A stretch of DNA of 64,000 nucleotides, taken from Candidatus Acidiferrales bacterium. Its GTDB lineage: Bacteria > Verrucomicrobiota > Verrucomicrobiia > Limisphaerales > UBA11358. This document shows, piece by piece, positions 10,272 through 19,554 of this stretch (position 1 is the stretch's first letter; every line of letters starts with the position of its first letter). The translations under genes were made by a program, and so were the position numbers. The stretch covers positions 28,654 to 92,653 of the forward strand of contig DATHQS010000357.1 in the NCBI GenBank assembly GCA_035482455.1, in the 5' to 3' direction. Below the pieces are notes generated by a model. It searched no databases. It was given only the letters and a program-made list of their open reading frames with translations, and was not told where the DNA came from.

Positions 10272-11141
10272 ATGAAAACCAACTCCGGTCACCCGCCCGG
10301 CTTCACCCTGATCGAATTGCTGGTGGTCATCGCCATCATCGCCATTCTGGCCGCCATGCTCCTCCCGGCGCTGGCCAAAGCCAAGGCCAAGGCGCAAAGC
10401 ACGCGTTGCGTCAACAATCTGAAGCAGTTGGGCGTGGCCAACCGCATGTATGTGGATGATTTCAACGATCGCCTGGCCTATCCCAACTGGGACGGCAACA
10501 CCCTCGGCACCGCACCGGCGGGCTGGCTCTACTGGGCAGGCAACCCGATATTGAACGGAACGATTCCGGATCCCTACGACACCGGCACCACCTGGTATCA
10601 AAAAACTGCCGCCGCCTATGGAACCGGGTTGTGGTATAGATACGTCAATAACCCAAACACCTACCTTTGCCCGGTGGACATCGCCAGCCTGACTTTCCTC
10701 GCGGCTCCGGGAACATCAGTGACTTTGGGCGGCAAGACATACCCGGCCCGGCTTAACAAACTTTCCACCTACGTCATGGACGGTGCGGTGACAGGCTTCC
10801 CGAATGGCAACAATCCCCCGTTTAATCCGCCCAATATCGGCCAAACCATCAAGATGACCGCCGTCTGGAGTCCGATGTGTTATCTGATTTGGGAGCCAAA
10901 TGAATTTTCAGTCACGGGCAATACCGGTGAATACAATGACGGAGCCAACAACCCGACCACTACCGGTGAAGGCATCGGTTTGCTGCATAGCAAACATGGC
11001 GGCAATGCGCTGGCCTTGGATGGCCATGTCGACTTCGTGACGACCCTGCTGTACACACAGTATAGCACTGTCGGCAGCGGGCCGGGACCGGGTGGAAAAA
11101 CCTTTCTGTTATGGGATACCATAAATTCCAACGGGCATTGA
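10272..11141 (+). CDS. prepilin-type N-terminal cleavage/methylation domain protein (type II secretion pseudopilin-like, H-X9-DG type)
   Basis: [33 protein letters not shown] at the N-terminus and [15 protein letters not shown] near the C-terminus. Confidence 0.9.
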   Translation: MKTNSGHPPGFTLIELLVVIAIIAILAAMLLPALAKAKAKAQSTRCVNNLKQLGVANRMYVDDFNDRLAYPNWDGNTLGTAPAGWLYWAGNPILNGTIPDPYDTGTTWYQKTAAAYGTGLWYRYVNNPNTYLCPVDIASLTFLAAPGTSVTLGGKTYPARLNKLSTYVMDGAVTGFPNGNNPPFNPPNIGQTIKMTAVWSPMCYLIWEPNEFSVTGNTGEYNDGANNPTTTGEGIGLLHSKHGGNALALDGHVDFVTTLLYTQYSTVGSGPGPGGKTFLLWDTINSNGH

Positions 11142-11177
11142 AATCCCATCATCGGATCCGGGCATATCCGTGTTCAG

Positions 11178-11777
11178 CTAGTCCCATTCACCCGTCTGCA
11201 GATACGGCTTCAGCTTTTCCTTGAGCGTCTCGCGCCCGCGATGGATGAGCGATTTCGTGGCAGACAGCGAACACTCCAGGATTTCCGCGATCTCCTCGTA
11301 GCTCAGTTCGTCCTGGCGGCAGAGCAGGATGGCCGTGCGCTGGTTCTCGGGCAGTTCCGCCAGCGCCTCCTCGATCTTTTTGGCCAGCTCGCCCTGCAAC
11401 ACGTTGTCCGTGGGCAGGGTGACCTTCTTGTCCTCGTATTGCCGCGACGGCTGGTCGTCGTGTTCCGCGTGCGTCTCTTCCAACGACTCGGCGGGATGGC
11501 GTGAGCGGCGGCGGATTTCGTTCAGGCAGAGGTTCCGGGCGATGGTGAACAGCCAGGTGGAGAATTTGGCGGTGCGCTCGTAGCGGGCGCGGGATTTATA
11601 GACCTGCAGGAAGACATTCTGCGCCAGATCCTCGGCCTCGGTCTCGTCCCGCAGGGTGCGGAAGACGAAATTCATCACCGGCTGCTTGTATTTCTCGACC
11701 AGTTCGGCAAACGCCGCGCGGTCGCCGCGCTTTACGCGCAGCATCAGCGTGGCATCCGGGTCGGGGACTTCTGGCAT
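11178..11777 (-). CDS. RNA polymerase ECF-type sigma-70 factor
   Basis: Region 2 (FAELVEKYKQPVMNFVFRTLRDETEAEDLAQNVFLQVY) and region 4 (ENQRTAILLCRQDELSYEEIAEILECSLSATKSLIHRGRETL). Confidence 0.9.
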   Translation of the reverse strand: MPEVPDPDATLMLRVKRGDRAAFAELVEKYKQPVMNFVFRTLRDETEAEDLAQNVFLQVYKSRARYERTAKFSTWLFTIARNLCLNEIRRRSRHPAESLEETHAEHDDQPSRQYEDKKVTLPTDNVLQGELAKKIEEALAELPENQRTAILLCRQDELSYEEIAEILECSLSATKSLIHRGRETLKEKLKPYLQTGEWD

Positions 11778-11859
11778 TGTCTGACAAGTCTAACTAACAC
11801 CGCTCCGGCGACAAGGTTTCGCTGGCGGCAACCCCGCTAAAGCTCTAACTTTTGCGCCC

Positions 11860-14652
11860 GTGCAGGATCTCCTGAAAAAAATCGAGGCCGCCGCCGCCGC
11901 GCGGCTGTCCTTTTCGCCCAACGCCACCCCGGCGGAAAAGCTCGCGCGCTACAAGAATTTCCTCAAGGTCGAGACCCACCGCCTGAAGCTGCTGCACCGC
12001 GCCGGCGCGGACGGAATCGTGGTCTGCCGGGGCCGGGCGGCCATCCTGGACGTGCTGCTCCAGCATTTTTGGGAGGCGGCCGTCAGCACGTTGTCGCTCC
12101 AGGCGCAGAAGGAATTTCCGCCGATCGCGCTGGTGGCCATCGGCGGCTATGGCCGGGCGGAACTCAACCCGCACAGCGACATCGATTTCATGTTCCTGCA
12201 CGAGAACCAGGTCGTGGCCGGCAAGCCGCTGCCGCACCTGGCCCGGCTGATCGACGGCGTGTTGTATCCGTTGTGGGACATCGGGCTGAAGGTCGGCTAC
12301 TCCGTCCGCAACATCGACGATTGCATCAAGGTGGCCAACACAGACATGCAGTCCAAAACCTCGCTCATCGAGTCGCGGTTCGTCATCGGCAACGAACCGC
12401 TGTTCAAAAAATATCAAAAAGCGGTCGTGGCGAGCTGCGTGGTGGGCTATGAACAGAAATATATCGCGGCGCGCATCGAGGACCAGACCTCGCGCCGGAC
12501 CAAGCACGGGAATTCCGCGTGCATGCAGGAGCCGAACATCAAGAACGGCTGCGGCGGCCTGCGCGACTTCCAGAACCTGCTGTGGATGTCCTTCTTCAAA
12601 TACCGTACCCGCTCGGTGCGCGACCTGCAGGAGCGCGAATTCGTGACCCCGGCCGAGCGCAAGCAGCTGGAGGCCGCGTATGATTTTCTCCTGCGCGTGC
12701 GAACAGAGCTGCACTACCACGCCAACCGCCCGCTCGATGTGCTGGGCAAGAACGTGCAACCCGCCGTGGCGACCAACCTCGGTTACAGCGACCGTTCCCC
12801 GAGCAAGCGCATCGAGAAATTCATGCGCGACCTGTACACGCACATGCGGAACGTTTTCCTCACCACCCGCACGCTGGAACAGCGCATGGCGCTGCTCTCG
12901 CCCCAGCAAACAGGCCGGATCGCCAAGCTGCGCCGGCTGGTGACCGGGTCCAGGCCGCGGAAGATGCCGGAGCCGGTGGACGGCTTCATCTTCGTGGCCG
13001 GCGAGATCCGGGCCGCGCACAACCGCATTTTCCGGGATTCGCCGCGCCGGCTCATGCGCGTCTTCCTGCATGCGCAGCAACGGCAGTTGCTGCTGCATCC
13101 CGACCTCGCACAGCTCATCCGCAGCCAGCTCTCGCTGGTAGACCGGGATTTTTTGAACGACGAGCACGTGCGCGAAACGTTCCTGACCATCGTCGAGCGG
13201 CGCGGCGAGGTGGCCTCCACGCTGCGTTCCATGCATGAGGTGAACCTGCTCGGCAAATACATCCCTGAATTCGGCAAGCTGACCTGCCTGGTGCAGCATG
13301 AGTTTTATCACCAGTATGCCGCCGACGAGCACACGCTGGTCTGCCTCGAACAGCTCGACAAGATCTGGGAGGCCAAGGACCAGCCCTACCAGCATTATGC
13401 GCCGCTGCTGCAAGGCCTGGAACGGCCCGGCGTGCTGTACCTCGCGCTCCTGCTGCATGATGTCGGCAAGGCGGCCGAGCACGCCCAGGGCAAACATGCG
13501 GATGCCAGCGCCGTCATGGCGATGCGCGCCGCGAAACGGCTGCAACTTGACGGCCCGGCGGCAAACACCCTGCGGCTGCTGGTCGAACAGCATTTGCTGA
13601 TGGCCAGCCTCTCGCAGCGCCGCGACCTCGATGACCCGATGGTCATCAAGAATTTTGCGCGGCAGATCGGCTCTCCAGAAAACCTGAACTTGCTGACATT
13701 GCTCACCTTTGCGGATTCGCAGGGCACCAGCGACAAGCTCTGGAACGGTTTCAAGGATTCGCTGCTCTGGCAGCTGCATTCCCGCGCGATGACCATCCTG
13801 ACCGGCGGCACCGAGTTTGTCCGCGTCGAACAGGAACAGCGCGAGACGTTGCTGAAGGAGGTCCGCAAGCTGGCACCCGAAACCATCAGCGACGAGGAAC
13901 TGGCCGTGCATTTCGGGTCGTTGCCCCCGCGCTATTTCCAGATCCACCTGGCCGGGGAAATCGATGCGGACGTGGAGGTGGTGCATCGCTTCATCCAGCG
14001 GCAGGTGCTGGAGGAGGAGGGCACGCTCACCCCCATCACCCACTGGCGCGATGAACGCGACCGCGGCTACAACCTCGTCAAGATCTGCACCTGGGACCGC
14101 GCCGGGCTGTTCGGCAAGATCGCGGGCACCTTCAGCGCCGCCGGGTTGAACATCTTGAGCGCCCAGATCTTCACGCGCACCGACGGCATCGTGCTGGACG
14201 AATTTTTTGTGAACGACGCGCGCACCGGCGGCCTGGCCACGCGCGAACAGCATGAAAAGTTTGACCATCTGCTCGCCAAGGTGCTGACCGGCGATGACGT
14301 GAACCTGCACACGCTTATCGACCGCCAGCGGGAGCGCAGCACGGCTTACCAGGCCTATGCCGGCGAACGTATGGAGACCCAGATCCGGTTCGACAACGAG
14401 GCGTCCGAACTGCGCACGCTGATTGAAATCGAGACCGAGGACCGGCTGGGCCTGCTTTATGCCATCTCTGAAACCTTCGCGGAACTGGCGCTGGACATCT
14501 CCGCGGCACGCATCGTCACCGAACGCGGCGCGGCGATCGACAGCTTCTACGTGTGCGAACTGGATGGCCTGAAACTGCTCACGCCCGAGCGGCAGGCGGA
14601 GATCCGGAAAAAACTGTGCGCCGCCATCGGCACCTTGGAAGCCGTGCCATGA
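11860..14652 (+). CDS. glnD: [protein-PII] uridylyltransferase / uridylyl-removing enzyme
   Basis: 930 aa. Nucleotidyltransferase block (LVAIGGYGRAELNPHSDIDFMFL), HD domain (HQYAADEHTL ... LLLHDVGK) and two C-terminal ACT-like repeats. GTG start at 11860. Confidence 0.9.
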   Translation: MQDLLKKIEAAAAARLSFSPNATPAEKLARYKNFLKVETHRLKLLHRAGADGIVVCRGRAAILDVLLQHFWEAAVSTLSLQAQKEFPPIALVAIGGYGRAELNPHSDIDFMFLHENQVVAGKPLPHLARLIDGVLYPLWDIGLKVGYSVRNIDDCIKVANTDMQSKTSLIESRFVIGNEPLFKKYQKAVVASCVVGYEQKYIAARIEDQTSRRTKHGNSACMQEPNIKNGCGGLRDFQNLLWMSFFKYRTRSVRDLQEREFVTPAERKQLEAAYDFLLRVRTELHYHANRPLDVLGKNVQPAVATNLGYSDRSPSKRIEKFMRDLYTHMRNVFLTTRTLEQRMALLSPQQTGRIAKLRRLVTGSRPRKMPEPVDGFIFVAGEIRAAHNRIFRDSPRRLMRVFLHAQQRQLLLHPDLAQLIRSQLSLVDRDFLNDEHVRETFLTIVERRGEVASTLRSMHEVNLLGKYIPEFGKLTCLVQHEFYHQYAADEHTLVCLEQLDKIWEAKDQPYQHYAPLLQGLERPGVLYLALLLHDVGKAAEHAQGKHADASAVMAMRAAKRLQLDGPAANTLRLLVEQHLLMASLSQRRDLDDPMVIKNFARQIGSPENLNLLTLLTFADSQGTSDKLWNGFKDSLLWQLHSRAMTILTGGTEFVRVEQEQRETLLKEVRKLAPETISDEELAVHFGSLPPRYFQIHLAGEIDADVEVVHRFIQRQVLEEEGTLTPITHWRDERDRGYNLVKICTWDRAGLFGKIAGTFSAAGLNILSAQIFTRTDGIVLDEFFVNDARTGGLATREQHEKFDHLLAKVLTGDDVNLHTLIDRQRERSTAYQAYAGERMETQIRFDNEASELRTLIEIETEDRLGLLYAISETFAELALDISAARIVTERGAAIDSFYVCELDGLKLLTPERQAEIRKKLCAAIGTLEAVP

Positions 14653-14711
14653 AACTTAAAGCGGTTGCCAGTGCCCCGGCAGTCTGGTAGAAACTGTTCT
14701 CAACAGAGCAG

Positions 14712-14785
14712 GCGGGTGTGGTTCAATGGTAGAATGTGGCCTTCCCAAGGCTGAGACGAGGGTTCGATTCCCTTCACCCGCTCCA
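14712..14785 (+). tRNA. tRNA-Gly (anticodon CCC)
   Basis: Cloverleaf read by eye: acceptor GCGGGTG/CACCCGC, D arm GTTC..GAAT, anticodon stem TGGCC/GGCTG with loop TTCCCAA, T arm GAGGG TTCGATT CCCTT, and an encoded CCA. Confidence 0.9.
14755..14785 (+). repeat. attL: 31-bp core (3' end of tRNA-Gly), identical to 45328..45358
   Basis: gacgagggttcgattcccttcacccgctcca occurs exactly twice in the window, in direct orientation. Confidence 0.9.
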
Positions 14786-14810
14786 TTCATAATCAACGAC
14801 TTATGAATGT

Positions 14811-14830
14811 GTGCAGTAAAAGTGCAGTAA
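14811..14830 (+). promoter_or_regulatory. tandem GTGCAGTAA repeats (putative integrase/excisionase arm-type sites, left arm)
   Basis: gtgcagtaaaagtgcagtaa lies 26 bp inside attL. The same 9-mer recurs near attR at 45239-45267. Confidence 0.5.
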
Positions 14831-14932
14831 ATTAACCCTCCAATACAAAGTTTTTTCTCATGCAATTCCCCTGTAAAACGAGGTGCGTTATTGAGGCGGT
14901 GTGGGGAACAGAACCGTTAAACCCAAAAAAAT

Positions 14933-15241
14933 TCAGGCTTGTTGAAGAATTTGCGCAGCGCGCGGAGGCAGGCTTGATGGGGTAGTAGCAGTATCGCCGT
15001 TGCGATGCGGGAACTTTTCGGAATGAAATCCATTTTGGTCAGTCCGCCACCTGACGAAATCCTGCCAGAAGATCACGCCGCGAAATACGGGAAAACTAGG
15101 TAGCCGAAACCACTCCCGTGCCGTCGAATATGAGATGCCGGCGGCAACGGCAAATTCCTTGGCATTCAGCGCCTGGTCCAAGCGGCGTTTCTCCATGACA
15201 TCCTTTAGCTTGATGCTGCGAAGCTGTTTATCCTGCGGCAT
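14933..15241 (-). CDS. small HTH DNA-binding protein (excisionase/AlpA-like candidate)
   Basis: 102 aa. LNAKEFAVAAGISYSTAREWFRLPSFP is an HTH-like segment. The gene is the first one inside attL. Confidence 0.5.
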   Translation of the reverse strand: MPQDKQLRSIKLKDVMEKRRLDQALNAKEFAVAAGISYSTAREWFRLPSFPVFRGVIFWQDFVRWRTDQNGFHSEKFPHRNGDTATTPSSLPPRAAQILQQA

Positions 15242-15262
15242 ATTTACCTCCGGCGTTCATAT

Positions 15263-15640
15263 CTACTGCTTGGTAAAATTGACTGCAACGGCGGTAACGT
15301 GAGTTTTTAGCGAGGCCGCGAACCGCCGGTCAACCGCCTTCACAAAATTTAAGTCACATTTCTGAATCTTCCGCGCGACGGCTTGGAGGCCACTGCCCAA
15401 CAACGTGACTTCTGCCGCGGCAAAACAGATCACCAGCTTTTCGGGTGGTGCATCGGCATTCTTTTCCAGTGCCGGATTGGGAATTGTCTCCGCATACAGC
15501 AATTGCGCGTAGGGCAGAAGATAGCTGTGTGCGTCGTCGGCATACACGTTGAGCGATGCCACGTTCGGATCAATGCCGTAACAGGGATTGTCACGCGTGC
15601 TAGACACCGATGCTTCGTCCGGGTTGGGGTTTGTGTTCAT
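15263..15640 (-). CDS. hypothetical protein (downstream of the relaxase, overlaps its 3' end by 41 nt)
   Basis: 125-aa ORF with no recognisable motif. It is co-oriented with the relaxase. Confidence 0.4.
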   Translation of the reverse strand: MNTNPNPDEASVSSTRDNPCYGIDPNVASLNVYADDAHSYLLPYAQLLYAETIPNPALEKNADAPPEKLVICFAAAEVTLLGSGLQAVARKIQKCDLNFVKAVDRRFAASLKTHVTAVAVNFTKQ

Positions 15641-18323
15641 AGGATATTTTACGTGTTTGTTCGATGCGTTTGCGGGGCGAATGGGATTGCGTTATGCGCT
15701 GGCGGAATTGTTTCAGGAAACGATGGCCGAGTTCCATGACCCGCAAGATGAATTTCTGTCGGCTGACATGCGGGACCACTTCCACGGCTGCCAGTCGCTC
15801 GCTGGAATGGGTGATATGCGAACGCAGCCGCTCGGTATCATCGGTAAAAACCTGGCAGCGTTCGCGACCGCGCGAGATGCTGACGTAAAATTGCTGCTGA
15901 TGGACGGCGGCCAGCGAACGGGACGACGCCACAACCAAAACCTCATCCACCGTCTTGCCCTGGGCGGCGTGCGACGTGACGGCGTAGCCATGCGTGAATG
16001 TGCGGTAATTTTGAGGAATCACGCGGCCATCGGCCAACACCACGGAATCGCCCTGAATCGCCCGCACCTCGACAAGTTCGCCATTGATAAACCGCTTGCC
16101 GACCGTGTTGGCTTGCAGCAACAGCTTGTCACCAGCGGCGACTTTCAATTTCCGTTTCTCCCCCACATCAAACGAGGCGAAGCCTCGACCCAATGGAAGA
16201 AAACTTTCAGAGCCATCGTCACGCTGAACTTTGATCGAATCATTTTCGACTGCGACCACCGCGACCGTTTCATCTTTGGCGAAACCAGCCTTCCGCTGGT
16301 GAAACCGTATCGCCATGCCGGGATGAAATTGCCGCGCATCTTGTTTTTGGGCTTCCGTCCACGATAACGAATCGAAAACCTCAAATTCTTTTTCTTCACC
16401 GGCCAGACGGCCGGACGTTTTCATTGCTGCCCGCACTTTCTCCGTTACCGCCTCGATTTCATTCCAAGTCGGTGCGACCAGCAATGCAGATCGGTTTTGT
16501 TCCAACGCCTTTAGGTATGACTGCGCGACCTTGTCATGCAGATTATCGTTGGAAGATTCAGTGATCGCTCCGATGCGTTCCAGTTGGACGAACGCCTCCA
16601 GCGTCCGTTTTTGTGCCGCCAGTTCGACCGCCTTGCGATACTCAGCTTTGCGCTGGCGACGGATGCGGGTCAATTGGCCGGATTGAAAATTGGAATGTTG
16701 CTCCAGAATCCGCAACGCATCACCACGCACCACCGATGCGTGCTGGCCGGTGTCGCCCGAAAGCACCACACGGGCGTCACGAGCCAGGTCAAACAGCCGC
16801 TTCATATCGTCAATGCCGACCGCCCCGGCTTCGTCCAGCACCACCAACCACCGTTCGTCCAGTTTGGGTTTCGTCAGCAGCAAACTTTGCAGTGTCTTCG
16901 CCTCGAATCCTTCCTTGCGAAGCACATCCGTCGCCGCTGCCGTCGGCGCGCAAAATAGCGGTTCGATTTTCACTTCGGCGCAGGCGGCAACCAACTCGCG
17001 TAACGCCGTGGTCTTGCCCGTGCCTGCCAGACCTCGCAGGCCGGTGATCCGGTCATGCGTGCGGAGGACATGATAAATGGCCCGTTGTTGATCCTCGCCC
17101 AGCCAGTCGGCGGGCCGGTAGCTGGGGTGAATCGGCGCAACGGTATCGCAGGCCGCATTGACCGTCTGAATCAAATCCAGTTCCGTTGCCAAAATCTGTG
17201 GCGTGGATAATCCACGCTCGGTTTTGACCAGTTGATCCGAATACTTTGCCGCTTCTTTCAACGCCGGCAAATCCAATTCACCCGGATGCTGCGCCAGCGC
17301 CACGCCCAACAGTTCATGCTCCGGCACGACCGACTTGCGCTCGAAGACATGGGCGACGGCATAATTCAGGGCTTGGTTTTCCGGTTCAAACCGGCGGACT
17401 TGCCGGACAGGTTGAACCGCCGTGGAGAGTTTTTGCAACGCCAGCAATTCATCGGGCTGTAGTTGTGCCAACTGCAGCTCGCGAACCTGAGCAGTCGAAA
17501 TGCCTTTGATCTTTTTCGCCCGGCTCTGATGCACCGCCAGGGCGATGGCATTATTCGACAATTTGCGCCCCAGTTTTTGTTCCAGTTCCCGAACCACCGC
17601 GTCACGTTGCTGGGAGCGTTTGGAAAACCGTTTTAATATCGCATCACTCACGCCCTCGATTTCAAAGCCGTGTTTCGCGGGACGAATGCGATAGCCGATC
17701 TGTTGGACGCGCTTCGCCAATTCATTGCGATAAACTGCCGTGCCGTAACGAATCGCGTCATACATTCCGCCCGCCTGTAAAGCCTTCCAGCGCTTTTCCG
17801 TTTCATCGAAGGTGGCGTTGAACACGGTGAGATGCGTGTGCAACAGCGGGTCGAGCGCCCGGCTGCTCGTGTGCGTGAACGCGGCGGCGACCAGATTGCT
17901 GGTGTTGCGGTCACGTTGATTGCCCTGCTTGCGAACTCTGGTCGCGGCGAAGGTTTCAAGTTCGCGGAACGCTATGCGCGTCGCTTCCTCATGTGCTGAC
18001 ACGAGCCGGTCGTCATCCATCGTCACCGCCAGCACCGAAACCGATTTTGGCGCGGAACAGGTGAAATCGTAAAACACGCGCCGTTGATTGGTTTTTTCCT
18101 GACGCAGTGTCAGGCGGTTATCGTCATTCGGATTTTTGTTTTCACACAGCGCGTGAAATTGATCGCGGGTTACTGCCTTGTTTAGGCCAAGGCGTTCCGC
18201 GCCCGCGCCGATCCACTGGCCGGGCCGGATTTCACCGGCGGCGTAGTAGTCGTTCTGCGCCAGATGCTCGTCGAAGTAGCTCTCGGCTCTGGCCAGCTTT
18301 TTTTGCGCGACGGCTGTGAACAT
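15600..18323 (-). CDS. MobF-family conjugative relaxase (TrwC/TraI-like) fused to a RecD-like SF1 helicase
   Basis: N-terminal AESYFDEHLAQNDYYAAG, CSAPKSVSVLA and a histidine triad (LLHTHLTVFNATF). P-loop LRGLAGTGKTTAL in the middle, and a C-terminal helicase block (YAVTSHAAQGKTVDEVLVV). Confidence 0.9.
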   Translation of the reverse strand: MFTAVAQKKLARAESYFDEHLAQNDYYAAGEIRPGQWIGAGAERLGLNKAVTRDQFHALCENKNPNDDNRLTLRQEKTNQRRVFYDFTCSAPKSVSVLAVTMDDDRLVSAHEEATRIAFRELETFAATRVRKQGNQRDRNTSNLVAAAFTHTSSRALDPLLHTHLTVFNATFDETEKRWKALQAGGMYDAIRYGTAVYRNELAKRVQQIGYRIRPAKHGFEIEGVSDAILKRFSKRSQQRDAVVRELEQKLGRKLSNNAIALAVHQSRAKKIKGISTAQVRELQLAQLQPDELLALQKLSTAVQPVRQVRRFEPENQALNYAVAHVFERKSVVPEHELLGVALAQHPGELDLPALKEAAKYSDQLVKTERGLSTPQILATELDLIQTVNAACDTVAPIHPSYRPADWLGEDQQRAIYHVLRTHDRITGLRGLAGTGKTTALRELVAACAEVKIEPLFCAPTAAATDVLRKEGFEAKTLQSLLLTKPKLDERWLVVLDEAGAVGIDDMKRLFDLARDARVVLSGDTGQHASVVRGDALRILEQHSNFQSGQLTRIRRQRKAEYRKAVELAAQKRTLEAFVQLERIGAITESSNDNLHDKVAQSYLKALEQNRSALLVAPTWNEIEAVTEKVRAAMKTSGRLAGEEKEFEVFDSLSWTEAQKQDARQFHPGMAIRFHQRKAGFAKDETVAVVAVENDSIKVQRDDGSESFLPLGRGFASFDVGEKRKLKVAAGDKLLLQANTVGKRFINGELVEVRAIQGDSVVLADGRVIPQNYRTFTHGYAVTSHAAQGKTVDEVLVVASSRSLAAVHQQQFYVSISRGRERCQVFTDDTERLRSHITHSSERLAAVEVVPHVSRQKFILRVMELGHRFLKQFRQRITQSHSPRKRIEQTRKISYEHKPQPGRSIGV

Positions 18324-18659
18324 AAAACGCGATGTTAGCGGTTTTTAAAATGGCTTCATGCCTCGTTGGCACAATCGTTAATTTTTCTACCGGTTTTCAT
18401 TTCCTATTGGCCATTTTGCCTGAACTTTCTCCCGTTGAGTTGTATGTGATACACTATATGCACTTGGCCGATGTTTTTTTCATTCGGCAACCAGTTTGGC
18501 TCAGAAAAAGCCCGCTTTTGTGTAATCTTTACATAAAATGAAAAATCTCTTTTTGGCTGAAAAAACGCGTATGTCCGTTGGTTTTATTGAGGATTATCAC
18601 TTTCCATCCGGCTGAACCTGAAATTTTTTGCAGTTTTCGCATCGAAATTATGCTTGCCT

Positions 18660-18821
18660 GGCGCTTTGACTGGCCGGGTTTCCTCCGGGCACTCGGAAAC
18701 CGGCCAGACAAATCGCCGGCAATGCGAACCTAGACGGTCGAGCACTCGACGGGCGTTTTGAAAATCCCGCGACTCCACACCGTTCCGTTCGCTCCGATTT
18801 TCAAAACGCCCGTCCAGTGCT
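18660..18821. other. structured element copy A (three stem-loops); paralogue of 19228..19415
   Basis: P1 is ctggccgggtttcc/ggaaaccggccag (18670-18707). P3 is a perfect 16-bp stem cgggcgttttgaaaat/attttcaaaacgcccg (18750-18812) with a 31-nt loop. The conserved single-stranded blocks ggcgctttga, acaaatcgccg, gaaacctag and cagtgct are shared with copy B. Confidence 0.6.
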
Positions 18822-18876
18822 GTCCCAAACTTGATTCCGCACCCGGATTATCATATCTATTTCTTGAGTGAAAAAG

Positions 18877-19062
18877 ATGTCCTTCAATCAAATAAAACGG
18901 CAGGAGGCGCAAAGCCGCATGGCCGCAATTCGCAGGGCACGCCGCAGTCCGGCGGCAGCCGCAGCAGAACAAAGACGGGCATCACTCGTCGGCAATGGAG
19001 CCAAATGGCGCATCACCAATCTCAATGAAGCCGTCCGCGCGATGGCCAAACATTGGGGATGA
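18877..19062 (+). CDS. small basic Arg/Ala-rich protein (possible relaxosome/DNA-binding accessory)
   Basis: 61 aa: MSFNQIKRQEAQSRMAAIRRARRSPAAAAAEQRRASLVGNGAKWRITNLNEAVRAMAKHWG. It lies between the two structured copies and is preceded by gagtgaaaaag. Coding status is uncertain. Confidence 0.3.
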   Translation: MSFNQIKRQEAQSRMAAIRRARRSPAAAAAEQRRASLVGNGAKWRITNLNEAVRAMAKHWG

Positions 19063-19227
19063 CTTGGAAAGGCCGCAGATCATCACCTGATTTTGACGGT
19101 CAAATAGCCTGTTCGCTTGGCAGGAGAAAACCATTCGATGGCGTAGCGTAGCATGGGGCGCGGCCTGGCATCATGATGCTGCTGGAGAAAACCCTCCAGC
19201 ACAGACTGATTCCGTTTGGAATGAATC

Positions 19228-19415
19228 GGCGCTTTGACTGGCCGGCTTGCTTCCAGGTATTCAGCAACCGACCAGACAAATCGCCGTGATGGAAACCTAG
19301 GCGGTCACGCACTCACCGGTCGTTCTAAAACCGCGCTCAACTCCGCCGTCGTCCGTTCATGCCACTTCCGACCTGCTCCGTTTCGCTGCCGGTTTCAGAA
19401 CGCCCGGTCAGTGCT
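19228..19415. other. structured element copy B (diverged paralogue of 18660..18821)
   Basis: Same block order as copy A, with P1 ctggccggcttgc/gcaaccgaccag and P3 accggtcgttctaaaaccg/cggtttcagaacgcccggt. The stems differ in sequence from copy A but remain complementary. Confidence 0.6.
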
Positions 19416-19554
19416 TGGCTATTTGCTCATGGACGCATCAATTTGAGGTGTTCAGTCGAACGGAATCTTTGGCGGCTTTCTGGAATTGGAAAGCCGGTCA
19501 TTTTGGTTAGACACCATCCCCTTATCAAAAAATAAGGGCGGAAGACGAGCAACG

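Noticed and set aside
18660-19415. Retron msr/msd, or IS110 bridge-RNA / IS200-type omega-RNA, as an explanation for the structured pair.
   Set aside because: No reverse transcriptase (no YxDD-containing ORF), IS110/IS3-type DEDD recombinase, or TnpB/IscB gene is present nearby. The idea stays open only as a generic ncRNA possibility.
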